Below are positions 9,454 to 19,489 of a DNA stretch of 64,000 nucleotides, one piece after another; position 1 is the stretch's first letter, and each line of letters begins with the position of its first letter. Made by a program: the position numbers and the translations under genes. Source of the DNA: a virus; the IMG/VR virus record IMGVR_UViG_3300030106_005205, positions 1 through 64,000 of that record; one strand, given 5' to 3'. The notes beneath the pieces were generated by a model, which had not been told where the DNA came from, searched no databases, and saw nothing but the letters and a program-made list of their open reading frames with translations.

Positions 9454-10582
9454 TAAAAAGATCGATTATGCTAAAGTTAGAACTTTAGAAAAAATCGCTG
9501 CTCAACATATAGATCAAATTCTAGAGTATTTTGACACTAAGAAGTCATATTCAAATGATATATTGATTAAATCATGCTGTCCTATACATGGTGGAGATAA
9601 TCCAACAGCTCTTAACTTTTATCCTAATGGTGACTTTAAACCACACTTTAAATGCCGGACTCATGGCTGTGAAGATATTTTTGGAAACAGTATGGTAAGC
9701 CTAATTAAAGGAATACTATCAAGAGTAAAGTATGGCTGGGAAAAAGAAGGTGATAAAGAGGCTACATTTAGAGAGTCTGTTGAATTCTTACTATCTTTTC
9801 TAAATAAAGACTTTGATTCATTAGAAGCTTCAAGCACCAATATAGAGAAGATGAAGTTTGGAAGCTTAGTAAAAAACTTAAATGCTGATCCAGCAAAGCC
9901 AGCCGGCCCAACACAACAAGAGTATAGGGCTAGAGTGGAAGTCCCTTGCCAGTATTATCTTGATCGTGGGTTCTCTTCTAAAGTGCTTGAGGAATATGAT
10001 GTAGGTTATTGTGACAATCCCTCAAAACCAATGTATGAGCGAGCAGTCGTACCAATTTATGATAATGACCACAAATATATTGTCGGCTGTACAGGGAGAA
10101 GTATCTTTGAGAAATGTGGTAAGTGCGGACATTACCATAATCCCAAGAGAAAATGTCATCATTTTCCAAAATGGATGCATAGCAAAGGGTTTCAAAAGGA
10201 GAAATGGTTGTATAATTACTGGAGGGCCAAGGATGAAATAGTAAGATCTGGTGTCGCAATCCTAGTAGAATCGCCGGGAAATGTCTGGCGATTAGCTGAA
10301 GCCGGAATACATAATGTTGTTGCTATCTTTGGAACAGCATTTAATAATGAACAGAAAAATTTACTTGACGAATCTGGAGCACTGTCTCTGATATGTCTAA
10401 TGGACAATGATGACGCTGGACAGAAAGCAGCAAAGAAAATAGAAGAACAATGTGCAAGACTTTATCGCTTGTATTTTCCAAGTTTTGATGCTGCTGACAT
10501 CGCTGACCTTAATGTAGATACAGTAACATCAGACATCAAACCTTTTATTGAACAAGCCATGAAAGCTTATGAGGACTTTTAA
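9389..10582 (+). CDS. dnaG: DNA primase (zinc finger + TOPRIM)
   Basis: CPIH...CRTHGC zinc finger, YYLDRGF, VGCTGR, LVES, MDNDDAG; exact start uncertain. Confidence 0.85.
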   Translation: MVMTTIVTEITLAMTKTFHLNNKKIDYAKVRTLEKIAAQHIDQILEYFDTKKSYSNDILIKSCCPIHGGDNPTALNFYPNGDFKPHFKCRTHGCEDIFGNSMVSLIKGILSRVKYGWEKEGDKEATFRESVEFLLSFLNKDFDSLEASSTNIEKMKFGSLVKNLNADPAKPAGPTQQEYRARVEVPCQYYLDRGFSSKVLEEYDVGYCDNPSKPMYERAVVPIYDNDHKYIVGCTGRSIFEKCGKCGHYHNPKRKCHHFPKWMHSKGFQKEKWLYNYWRAKDEIVRSGVAILVESPGNVWRLAEAGIHNVVAIFGTAFNNEQKNLLDESGALSLICLMDNDDAGQKAAKKIEEQCARLYRLYFPSFDAADIADLNVDTVTSDIKPFIEQAMKAYEDF

Positions 10583-10583
10583 A

Positions 10584-10805
10584 ATGAGCTATAAGACAAC
10601 AGCTATTGATTATCTTTACAATAAGACTTACGCAGATCGAGACAAAGCGATTATGTCTTTAAATATTTTGCTAGACCATCCTGCTGGCATAGGAGATCAC
10701 TCTACTGAAGATTTGTATGCCAACCTTGAAGAAGCTCTTAGCGCATTAGCTGATGCTGAAGATAGATTAGAAACTCTAGAAACATATTATAGTCGGAGCG
10801 AATAA
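10584..10805 (+). CDS. Hypothetical protein
   Basis: Helical ORF with HPAGIGDH motif; GAGG RBS before ATG 10584. Confidence 0.55.
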   Translation: MSYKTTAIDYLYNKTYADRDKAIMSLNILLDHPAGIGDHSTEDLYANLEEALSALADAEDRLETLETYYSRSE

Positions 10806-11560
10806 TGACACAAATAGTTGGATTTGCAGGTAAAAAACAAAGTGGTAAGAATACTGCATGTAATTATATATTAGCACTTAAACTTGCAGAGCTGGGAGTA
10901 TGTAAGAAGAGTAGACTTTCAAGCAAAGGAGTTGTTGAAGTCACTGATATATTTGGTGAAACTTTGGACGACAAAGAATGGTTTGAATTTTCTAATGAGA
11001 ACCTAAATATATCTAAATTGTTTGAAGATCATCTTGGGAATTATATTAGAATATATGGACTTGCTGACACATTAAAAGATCTCTGCATTGATGTTCTTGG
11101 TCTAACATATGATCAGGTGTATGGAACTGATAAAGATAAAAATAGCAAAACGAACATTGAATGGTCTTCTTTTGATAAGAGTAAAAAAGGATACATGACT
11201 TCTAGAGAAGTCCTCCAATATGTTGGCACTGACTTCTTTAGAAAGCTAGACCCAAATGTTTGGATTAATTCTTTACTTAGAAAAATTAAAAAAGATAAAC
11301 CAGAAGTAGCATTGATTTGTGATGTTAGATTTAAGAACGAAATAATAGAGCTGCAAAAACAAGGCGCTTATATTGTTGGGTTGACAAGAGATCCTTACTC
11401 CAGCGGAGATGAACATCCAAGCGAGAAAGAAATAGAAGAAGGATTGTCTCTATGTAATTCTATTTGCGATAATGCAAAAGTAGACGTAAAATTATCCATT
11501 GAGATGATTCATAATACACTGAGTGGGCTTCCCAATGTTATTCCAAAGATGGAGAAATAA
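10805..11560 (+). CDS. Deoxynucleoside monophosphate kinase
   Basis: GKKQSGKNT P-loop, REVLQYVGTD, W, DVRFKNE as in T4 gp1/T5 dNMP kinases. Confidence 0.85.
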   Translation: MTQIVGFAGKKQSGKNTACNYILALKLAELGVCKKSRLSSKGVVEVTDIFGETLDDKEWFEFSNENLNISKLFEDHLGNYIRIYGLADTLKDLCIDVLGLTYDQVYGTDKDKNSKTNIEWSSFDKSKKGYMTSREVLQYVGTDFFRKLDPNVWINSLLRKIKKDKPEVALICDVRFKNEIIELQKQGAYIVGLTRDPYSSGDEHPSEKEIEEGLSLCNSICDNAKVDVKLSIEMIHNTLSGLPNVIPKMEK

Positions 11561-12597
11561 TGTCTATACCAATTGTGTACTTCAGGAGTAGCTCTTTTAA
11601 TTCACATAGAATGTGCCCGATGCAATATTATATGGAATATACTCTCGGCTGGAGAGGTTCATCTGGCAAGAAAGCAGATAAAGGTACTATTGTACATAAA
11701 GTACTTGAATTGTGTGCGCTTGCAAAGAAAGCTCTACAAGATGGTCATGCAATTTTTGAGGATCATGAGATTGGTGAAATAGAGACTGCCAATTATGATA
11801 CAGAATATCTAGATGAGATTATTGATAGAGTATATGACTATTACACATCTAGAACTACACATCATGATTGGAAGCCATTAGATCTAAAACATTGTCGAAG
11901 ATGGGTTTGGAAGATATTCAATGATGACGACGGCTTCTTCGATCCAAAAAATAGAACTATTGTAGAAGCTGAGCCACACTTTGACTTTGAAATAGAAGAA
12001 GATTGGGCATCTTATGAATATGATCTAGCAGATGGAACAAAGCTAAAAGGCAATTTGGCGCTAAAAGGAACTATAGATTTAATTACTGATATCGGTGATG
12101 GAGTCTACGAGATTATTGACTGGAAAACAGGAAGAAGGCTGGACTGGGCCACTGGAAAAGAAAAAACTCAAGCTAAACTGCAAAAAGACCCGCAACTGAG
12201 AATGTATCATCTTGCTTGCAAAAAGCTGTATCCAGAAGTTGAAACTTTTCTTGTTACTATTCATTTTATGAATGATGGTGGTCCGTTCACTCTTCATTTT
12301 CAAGACAGTGATATTCCTGAAACGTTAGAAATGATAAAAGCCAAGTTTAATGTAATCAAAAACACAGAGATTCCAGAGCTTAGAAAGTCTTGGAAATGCT
12401 CTAAACTTTGCCCTGCTGGAAAGACTACATACGAAGGAACAGACGTAGATGTTATGGACAATATGTTTGGCGCTCCATTGACGAAATGTGAACAGACCAA
12501 GACAATGATCAAAGAAAATGGTATTGAATGGGTCACTGCAAACTGTATGTCTCCAGACCATGCTATTGGTAAATATAAAGCTCCGGGCGAAGTATGA
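11560..12597 (+). CDS. Cas4/AddB-like PD-(D/E)XK exonuclease
   Basis: SSS..CP, GTIVHKVLE, GTIDLI, IIDWKTG, QLRMY, C-terminal CxxxCP...C (possible Fe-S ligands). Confidence 0.85.
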   Translation: MSIPIVYFRSSSFNSHRMCPMQYYMEYTLGWRGSSGKKADKGTIVHKVLELCALAKKALQDGHAIFEDHEIGEIETANYDTEYLDEIIDRVYDYYTSRTTHHDWKPLDLKHCRRWVWKIFNDDDGFFDPKNRTIVEAEPHFDFEIEEDWASYEYDLADGTKLKGNLALKGTIDLITDIGDGVYEIIDWKTGRRLDWATGKEKTQAKLQKDPQLRMYHLACKKLYPEVETFLVTIHFMNDGGPFTLHFQDSDIPETLEMIKAKFNVIKNTEIPELRKSWKCSKLCPAGKTTYEGTDVDVMDNMFGAPLTKCEQTKTMIKENGIEWVTANCMSPDHAIGKYKAPGEV

Positions 12598-13139
12598 TCA
12601 AATTACACTTTACAAAAAACATGATAAGAAGTGCTAGAGAAAAAGCAGAGTCTCTAGGTTCAATCAACAACTCCATCCTCAAAGGTGGAGGTAATATAGC
12701 TGGGTACTTAGGTGAAGAAGCCTTAGCTCCTTATATCAATGCCACTATTGTTAGTAACAACAGGGGTCTTGAAAAATACAACCACGACTTACTAATTGAA
12801 TCTGGTGACAGATTTGAAGTTAAAACAAAAAGAAGAACAGTTGCTCCAAGACCACACTATGATGTATCAATTGCTGAGACTAGCAGGCATCAGAAGCCAG
12901 ATGTTTATGCATTCATTAGTCTTGAATTTGAAAGGTCTAGCAAATCACATCCAAAGAAATATTATGGGCTAAAAAACATTTGGTTGTGTGGCTTTATGCG
13001 ATCCGAAGAGTATTGGGAAAGAGCAAAACTTTGGAAAAGTGGCAGAATAGACTCTTCTAATAACTTCAAAACTCACGTTAACATGTATAATTTAGCAATC
13101 AGTGATTTGTATCAAGACTTTCTGGAACTAACAAAATGA
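12594..13139 (+). CDS. Putative PD-(D/E)XK-fold nuclease
   Basis: GYLGE...HDLL...FEVKTK spacing typical of the restriction-endonuclease fold. Confidence 0.5.
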   Translation: MIKLHFTKNMIRSAREKAESLGSINNSILKGGGNIAGYLGEEALAPYINATIVSNNRGLEKYNHDLLIESGDRFEVKTKRRTVAPRPHYDVSIAETSRHQKPDVYAFISLEFERSSKSHPKKYYGLKNIWLCGFMRSEEYWERAKLWKSGRIDSSNNFKTHVNMYNLAISDLYQDFLELTK

Positions 13140-15016
13140 AATATGTACCTCTTCACGTTCACTCAGAATACAGCCTATTGGACGGACTGTCTCAAACTAA
13201 ACACATCGCAAAAAGACTAGAGGAAATAGAAGTCGATGGCTGTGCTCTAACAGATCATGGCTCCGTCAGTGGCGCTATTGACTTTCACAAAACAATATCT
13301 AATGGCTTCAAGCCAATCTTAGGTTGTGAGCTTTATGTTAGCAAGCAAGCCGCAACAATTAAAGAACCAGATAATTCAAAACTATTTCATCAAGTAGTAT
13401 TATGTAAAGACCTTCAAGGATGGAAATCTCTTCTGTCAATGGTCTCTATATCAAATAAGATAGAACATTTTTATCATAAACCAAGAGTTGGATATGATTA
13501 TTTTCTTGAGTTAGCTGCCGCCTCTAACGGCAAGCTAGTATCTTTCAGTGGACACTTAGGCTCTCGTCTTGCAAATGTGGTTGTAGATAACCCCAATTGG
13601 AAGAGTGAAGGTATCAGAGAAGCCGAGCGTTTGCAGGAAGCCTTTGGCAAAGGTAATTTTTATATTGAGATTCAGCTTATTGATTCTCTTATTAATACTA
13701 AAGCCAAAGAAGTTGGTGAAAAGCTGCGTGAGATTTCTAAACTTACAGGAATTCCATGCGTAGCTACTCCAGATGCGCACTATTGCAAAAAGGAAGATGC
13801 TCACGATCAGAGAGTTCTTCTTTGCACGGCAATGCGTAAAAGCCTTAGTGAAGTACAGAATGAGATTAAAAAAGGTAAGTCTCGCTCTTTGAAAGCTTTC
13901 TTTGAGTCGGACAACTATCACATTCCTAGCTATGATGAAATGAGACAGTTCCATACTGAAGCAGAGCTGGCTCATACTGTTGATATAGCGAATATGTGCT
14001 CCCAGTATGATATATTGGGACCTCCTAATCCGCCTGTATTCGACTGCCCTGACGGAATGTCTCCTAACGATTACTTACGTTACCTATGTCGTGATGGCTG
14101 GAAGCGTAAGATGGGTCACATTGATAAGGGTGAAAGTGCCTTTGAGGACTATGGTTCAAGAGTTGAGAAAGAGATTAAAATCTTCACTGAAACTAACTTG
14201 TCTAGCTACTTCCTAATTGTTAGAGACATTTTACAGTATGCAAACTCAAGAGGATATTTAACTGGGCCGGGACGCGGCAGTGCAGCAGGATGTATGGTTT
14301 CATATCTTATGGATATAACCAAGATTGATCCTATGCCTTATGATCTTATTTTTGAAAGATTCTATAATGCAGGACGTAATGCTGGCGGTCGTGTTTCGAT
14401 GCCCGATATTGATATTGACGTACCAAAACAGTCTAGAAATGATATTATTGATTATATCAAACAAAAATATGGTGAAGATAATGTTGCTCAGATTGTTACA
14501 TTTCAAACACTTAAAGGCCGAGCAGCGTTGAAAAGAGTTATGGCGGCGCGTGGGAACATTGGATTCAGTGAGCAAAATGCAATCACATCACATATCCTTG
14601 ATGAAGCAAAGATTGCTGATGAGTTACAAGACATGAAGCAGGAACTTGGCACGGCCTCTGTTATTACTTGGGCTTTAGAGAATAAAAAAGACGAGCTGAA
14701 AGAGTGGTGTTATGTTGATGATAATGGTGTCCTTCAAGGCAAGTTTGCAAAAATATTTGAGCAAGCAATTCGACTAGAAGATACAAAGATTATTCAATCC
14801 AAACATGCCGCTGGAGTTGTTGTTTCACCACAGCCGATTTATGATGTATGTCCAATGGTCATTGATAAAGAAGGCAAAGGTCAGCTCGCAGGCTTTGAAG
14901 GTCCATCTTGCGAAGATGCAGGGCTACTTAAGCTTGACGTACTTGGAATTAAAATGCTGGATAAAATCATGGAAATTCCAACAATCATTAAAAATACATA
15001 CAGAATGACAGTATAA
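13136..15016 (+). CDS. dnaE: DNA polymerase III alpha, N-terminal half (PHP, palm, thumb)
   Basis: HVHSEYSLLDG, TDHG, GCE, DAHY, GPGRGSAAG, LIFERF, MPDIDID, SKHAAGVV, LLKLDVLG. Confidence 0.93.
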   Translation: MKYVPLHVHSEYSLLDGLSQTKHIAKRLEEIEVDGCALTDHGSVSGAIDFHKTISNGFKPILGCELYVSKQAATIKEPDNSKLFHQVVLCKDLQGWKSLLSMVSISNKIEHFYHKPRVGYDYFLELAAASNGKLVSFSGHLGSRLANVVVDNPNWKSEGIREAERLQEAFGKGNFYIEIQLIDSLINTKAKEVGEKLREISKLTGIPCVATPDAHYCKKEDAHDQRVLLCTAMRKSLSEVQNEIKKGKSRSLKAFFESDNYHIPSYDEMRQFHTEAELAHTVDIANMCSQYDILGPPNPPVFDCPDGMSPNDYLRYLCRDGWKRKMGHIDKGESAFEDYGSRVEKEIKIFTETNLSSYFLIVRDILQYANSRGYLTGPGRGSAAGCMVSYLMDITKIDPMPYDLIFERFYNAGRNAGGRVSMPDIDIDVPKQSRNDIIDYIKQKYGEDNVAQIVTFQTLKGRAALKRVMAARGNIGFSEQNAITSHILDEAKIADELQDMKQELGTASVITWALENKKDELKEWCYVDDNGVLQGKFAKIFEQAIRLEDTKIIQSKHAAGVVVSPQPIYDVCPMVIDKEGKGQLAGFEGPSCEDAGLLKLDVLGIKMLDKIMEIPTIIKNTYRMTV

Positions 15017-15020
15017 TTAA

Positions 15021-15077
15021 TTAGATCGGGATTCAGCTTTTCATTTAGTTTGGTCTAGATTCAGAGAAGCATTCCGA
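15021..15077 (+). ncRNA. Structured intergenic element, copy 2
   Basis: TCGGGAT/ATTCCGA and ATTTAG/CTAGAT stems (G-U compatible on + strand); same layout as 6641-6697. Confidence 0.55.
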
Positions 15078-15096
15078 CTTTTTAGGAGTAACAACT

Positions 15097-15771
15097 ATGA
15101 TGAATAATAGATGGATTATGGTATTTGATTTAGAAACAGATGCTCCGAATCCGCAGACATGTAATGCCGTTGAGCTTGCCGCAGTCCCAGTAAATCCTAG
15201 AACTTTAGAGATCAAGGCTGAGCAGGCTTTTCGAGCAACAATTAAACCTGATAATATTGACAAAGAAGAATACTTCACAAAGGCTCGTCAAGATACAATC
15301 GCTTGGCACGCAAAGACTCGTGGAGTAGAAACAGAGGATATTATCAAAGATTGGAAAAGTGGACAATCAGAAAAGGTTGTCTGGAAAAACTTCTGTGAAT
15401 ATTGTGCGAAGTATAAGGTTGACAAGAAGCCGGGACAATGGTATACTGAACCTATTCCTGCAGGATATAATATCATTGGCTTTGACATGCCTATTCTTCA
15501 GCGTATGGCCGATAAGTACGGTACAAAGATGCCACTATCAACTGTAACCAAGATTGATATGATGGATATTTTATTCATGTGGTTTGAGAATCTTGATGAG
15601 CCAAACAGCATGAAGCTCGACACTTTCAGAGACTTCTTTGGAATGAAGGCATCATCTCAAGCTCATGAAGCTTTGTCTGATACGATTGATGAAGCTAAAC
15701 TGATGGTTAAATTTATGAAATTTCACAGAAAACAAGCAAGCGTAAGTAAATTTAAAGGTGCTTTCAAATGA
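15097..15771 (+). CDS. DEDDh 3'-5' exonuclease (DnaQ/epsilon-like)
   Basis: ExoI VFDLET, ExoII GYNIIGFD, ExoIII HEALSD. Confidence 0.88.
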   Translation: MMNNRWIMVFDLETDAPNPQTCNAVELAAVPVNPRTLEIKAEQAFRATIKPDNIDKEEYFTKARQDTIAWHAKTRGVETEDIIKDWKSGQSEKVVWKNFCEYCAKYKVDKKPGQWYTEPIPAGYNIIGFDMPILQRMADKYGTKMPLSTVTKIDMMDILFMWFENLDEPNSMKLDTFRDFFGMKASSQAHEALSDTIDEAKLMVKFMKFHRKQASVSKFKGAFK

Positions 15772-17405
15772 TAACTTTAGAGTGTGGGTGCGAGTTCCAA
15801 CAGGATGAACAAGGCCGTATTATCTTTGATACAGATATTACAAAGATGAATATGAACTGTTCTGCTACATGGGATTTAATTTGCGAAGGTAACACCAAAG
15901 GTGTTTTTCAACTTGAATCACAGCTAGGTAGATCTTTAGCAAAGCAAACAAAGCCCAGAAACATAGAAGAACTCTCTGATTTGATTGCTATTATGCGTCC
16001 CGGTTGTTTGGAAGCGATAGTAAAAGGCAAGAGCCTCACTATGCACTATATTGATAGAAAGCACAAGAAAGATGCCATAGAATACTTCCATGAAGCTCTG
16101 GAGCCAATCCTGAAGAGCACCTATGGAATTCTTGTATATCAAGAGCAAGCAATCTTATTAGCACAGGAAATTGCCGGTTTTGACCTTCAAGAGGCGGATA
16201 TCCTTCGTAAAGCTATCGGCAAGAAGAAAGCTGATGTGATGGCAAAAGTTAAGAAAAACTTTATTGATAAATCTATAGGAAGAGGAATTGTAACGAAAGC
16301 AGAAGCAGAAGAGATATTCAGTTGGATTGAAAAGTCGCAAAGATATTCTTTTAATAAATCTCATAGTGTATCTTATGCATACAATGGATATATCACGGCA
16401 TATGCTAAGGCGCACTTCCCACACGAATTTTTTACATCTTATCTCAAGCACTCTATAGGTAAGCCAGATACTTTTGTTGAAGTTCAAGAACTTGTTAACA
16501 ATGCTAAAATTATGGGCATTAATGTTCTTCCTCCAAGCGTTATTGAAATGAACGAAGAATTTGAACTTATTGGTGAAAACCCAACCTATGGCATTACAAA
16601 CGTAAAAGGTGTTGGCTCATCTGTATATAAGAAAATGCGTGATGATATGCAGGCCAATAATGTTGACCCTAGACATTGTGATTGGGATTGCTTCCTGTTG
16701 TTAGTAGCGCCAAAGGTTAACAAGAGAGCGTTTGAAAATCTTATTCTTGCGGGAGCATTTGATTGTTTTAAAATATTACGAGCAAAGATGCAGCATAATT
16801 ATAATACTCTGAAGGACATAGGTAAAAGAGAGACCGCTTGGCTTATGGAGTACAAGAAAAATAATATGGATGCTACAGTAGAAGAGTGTATTCAAAAAAT
16901 GATTGATGTCTCTAAAGAAGGCGGCAAGAAAAGACCGATATTTAGAAAAGACAAGATTCCTGTTGTTCAGGATTTACTTCGCAGTTATAATGATCCCGGA
17001 TATGCGTTGTTTGATTCTCCATCTTGGATGGCAAATAAAGAGCAAGAACTTCTTGGAATCTCATTAACGTGCAATAAGGTAGACGAGTACGATACTACTC
17101 GGGCAAACTGTACATGTAAAGAATTTATAGATGGCTTTGAGAGTCAGCACGGAGCTGTAGTAGCAGTTCAAGTGGAATCGGTTAGGGAATGGACTATTAA
17201 GAAGGGAAAAGCTAAGGGCAACAAAATGGGATTTATTATAGCAAGCGATAATAGTTGTTGTCTGGACAATATCACCGCATTCTCCGAAGAGTGGGAAAAA
17301 TATAAGAATCTTTTATATGAAGGTAATACGGTATTGCTTAGAGGGACAAGAGATAAAAATAGAGGAAGTTTTTTAGTAAAAAGAGTAGAACAACTAACAA
17401 GTTAG
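15768..17405 (+). CDS. dnaE: DNA polymerase III alpha, C-terminal half (fingers, HhH, OB fold)
   Basis: GVFQLES, RPG, TYGILVYQEQ, ADILRKAIGKK, YSFNKSH, VKGVG, GAFD, EQELLG, C-terminal OB fold. Confidence 0.93.
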   Translation: MITLECGCEFQQDEQGRIIFDTDITKMNMNCSATWDLICEGNTKGVFQLESQLGRSLAKQTKPRNIEELSDLIAIMRPGCLEAIVKGKSLTMHYIDRKHKKDAIEYFHEALEPILKSTYGILVYQEQAILLAQEIAGFDLQEADILRKAIGKKKADVMAKVKKNFIDKSIGRGIVTKAEAEEIFSWIEKSQRYSFNKSHSVSYAYNGYITAYAKAHFPHEFFTSYLKHSIGKPDTFVEVQELVNNAKIMGINVLPPSVIEMNEEFELIGENPTYGITNVKGVGSSVYKKMRDDMQANNVDPRHCDWDCFLLLVAPKVNKRAFENLILAGAFDCFKILRAKMQHNYNTLKDIGKRETAWLMEYKKNNMDATVEECIQKMIDVSKEGGKKRPIFRKDKIPVVQDLLRSYNDPGYALFDSPSWMANKEQELLGISLTCNKVDEYDTTRANCTCKEFIDGFESQHGAVVAVQVESVREWTIKKGKAKGNKMGFIIASDNSCCLDNITAFSEEWEKYKNLLYEGNTVLLRGTRDKNRGSFLVKRVEQLTS

Positions 17406-17431
17406 TTTGGAAAGGACGATATAATATAGTA

Positions 17432-17878
17432 ATGGATGATATTATAGAAAAGAATATGGGACTCGTAGCTTCTGTAGTCAATTCTTTTAAGCCAAAAAAT
17501 CATGTAGAAAAAGAAGACTATATGCAGGCTGGTAGAATAGGATTATGGAAAGCTCTTAAAAAACACGATCCATCAAAAGCCGCACTTTCCACATATGCTT
17601 GGAATCCAATCAGATGGGAAATTATCAAAGAAATTAAATCAATAAAGGCAGACAGGTATTGCTCAATATCTGACATAAGAATACCAGAATACAAAATTAA
17701 AAGTGAATTTTGGGAAAACTATCCTAATAATCTTACAGAGGAAGAATGTGAGTTGATTGATCTAAGAAGAATGGGATATACTTTGGAAGAGATCTCGAAT
17801 ATAGCTGGAAGAGGTCGCTCGTATGTCAAAAGAAGAATTTATACAGCAATACAAAAAATAAGAGAATGTAATGACTAA
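17432..17878 (+). CDS. Minimal sigma-70 family RNA polymerase sigma factor (regions 2 and 4)
   Basis: NMGLVASVV...EDYMQAGRIGLWKALKKHDP...STYA; GYTLEEISNIAG HTH. Confidence 0.85.
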   Translation: MDDIIEKNMGLVASVVNSFKPKNHVEKEDYMQAGRIGLWKALKKHDPSKAALSTYAWNPIRWEIIKEIKSIKADRYCSISDIRIPEYKIKSEFWENYPNNLTEEECELIDLRRMGYTLEEISNIAGRGRSYVKRRIYTAIQKIRECND

Positions 17879-19487
17879 AAAAAGAGTACTACTAGTCTCA
17901 GAGTCACACCACCTTGCATCTGGTTTTGGAACATATTCTAAAGAAATTTTGACTCGTCTTTGGGACACTGGCAAATATGAACTTGCTGAGTTCGCTGGAT
18001 ATGGAGATCTTGATAAATGTAAGGATGTTCCTTGGAGATACTATAGCAATACTCCAACAACCGATCAAGAAAAAAATGTATTCAATTCCAATCCAAACAA
18101 CTCATTTGGACTCTGGAGGTTCAATCATGTAGTTCTGGATTTTAAGCCAGATATTGTATTGACATATAGAGATCCTTGGATGGACATGTGGATAAATGAA
18201 TCTCCGTTGAGAAAGTACTTTCATTGGTTATGGATGCCAACCGTTGACTCATACCCTCAAAAAAGAAAATGGCTAGATGTATTCGAGCAATGTGATGGTA
18301 TACTTGCTTACTCAGAATATGGAATAAGGTCACTAAAAAAACAAAGTGACTTCATTACTACTCTTGATTGTGCATCTCCGGGAATACATCCAGAGGTTTT
18401 TAAGCCGGTAAAAGACAAAAAAGCTCATAAGAAGTCTTTTGGAATCCCTGAAGATTCTATTGTAGTTGGCACTGTGATGAGAAACCAAAAGAGAAAACTA
18501 TTTATAGAGTTAATGAAGGCATTTAGAATATTTTTAGATAATGCCCCAAAAGATATCGCTGATAAAACATTTCTTTATCTACATACTAGCTATCCAGAAA
18601 AGGTTGGATGGGACATTGAGTCTGGGATTGTTGAAAATGGGTTATCTTCAAAAGTTTTCTGCACATATATATGCAAGAGCTGTGAACACTGGCATATATC
18701 TAAATATGCGGGAGCAATTGCGACATGTCCAAAATGTGCAAACAGAACATCTTTTATGCCAAGTGTTAGTAATGGGCTCAGCACAGAAGATCTAGTAAGC
18801 GTATACAACATATTGGATCTTTATGTTCAGTATGCTATATGCGAAGGTTTCGGAATGCCCCAAGTAGAGGCGGCTTCTTGTGGAGTTCCTATTGCATCAA
18901 CTGATTACAGTGCAATGGAGGATGTCGTAAGGCATACAGATGGATATCCAGTACCCGTAAAGGTATTTTTCAGAGAGATGGAAACTTGGGCAGAAAGAGC
19001 GTACCCAGATAATGACGCATTGGCAAAAATAATTCAGGAGTTTGCTATGCTGAATGATAGTGATAGGGGTGCTAAATCTGACGCAGCTAGAAAAGGTGCG
19101 ATTAAAAGATATAAGTGGGATGACTCTGCTAAGGTTTGGGAAAAATATATAGATGAGTATACTCAAAAACGCAGAGAGCACTCTTGGGATTCTCCTCCTA
19201 GGTATTTACAAAATACTGGAATGCCGAAAATTGAATCAAATTCAGATTTTGTTAAATGGTGCCTATCAGTAGCATTGCAAAGACCAGAGTTAGTCTACAG
19301 ATATGCATATACTAACTACTGTAAAAATCTAGACAATGGTTGCTATATGGATGGACACTTGGAACCTTTTAGCAGAGAAAAGATGCTTGAAACTATAAAT
19401 GCGAAGATAAATGAAAATAACTTTTTTGAATCTATTAGGGCTGGTAAAAGACAGCCAGAACAGATAAATTATGTAAATGGTAATTAA
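17871..19487 (+). CDS. GT-B (GT4-like) glycosyltransferase with zinc-ribbon insertion
   Basis: SGFG, PDIV, RNQKRK, EGFGMPQVEAASCGVP signature; CKSC...CPKC insert. Confidence 0.88.
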   Translation: MTKKRVLLVSESHHLASGFGTYSKEILTRLWDTGKYELAEFAGYGDLDKCKDVPWRYYSNTPTTDQEKNVFNSNPNNSFGLWRFNHVVLDFKPDIVLTYRDPWMDMWINESPLRKYFHWLWMPTVDSYPQKRKWLDVFEQCDGILAYSEYGIRSLKKQSDFITTLDCASPGIHPEVFKPVKDKKAHKKSFGIPEDSIVVGTVMRNQKRKLFIELMKAFRIFLDNAPKDIADKTFLYLHTSYPEKVGWDIESGIVENGLSSKVFCTYICKSCEHWHISKYAGAIATCPKCANRTSFMPSVSNGLSTEDLVSVYNILDLYVQYAICEGFGMPQVEAASCGVPIASTDYSAMEDVVRHTDGYPVPVKVFFREMETWAERAYPDNDALAKIIQEFAMLNDSDRGAKSDAARKGAIKRYKWDDSAKVWEKYIDEYTQKRREHSWDSPPRYLQNTGMPKIESNSDFVKWCLSVALQRPELVYRYAYTNYCKNLDNGCYMDGHLEPFSREKMLETINAKINENNFFESIRAGKRQPEQINYVNGN

Positions 19488-19489
19488 AA

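Noticed and set aside
11560-12597. CRISPR-Cas system suggested by the Cas4-like gene
   Set aside because: No repeat-spacer array or other cas genes; solo Cas4-like nucleases are common in phage replication modules
6641-15077. TIGR-like or CRISPR-like guide array interpretation of the twin elements
   Set aside because: Only two isolated copies 8 kb apart, not tandem; no Nop-domain, IS110 or Cas effector recognised in the window
14950-15860. Split intein or self-splicing intron joining the dnaE halves
   Set aside because: No intein splice-junction motifs; the intervening ORF is a DEDDh exonuclease rather than a homing endonuclease, and the 80-nt gap is too short for a group I/II intron core
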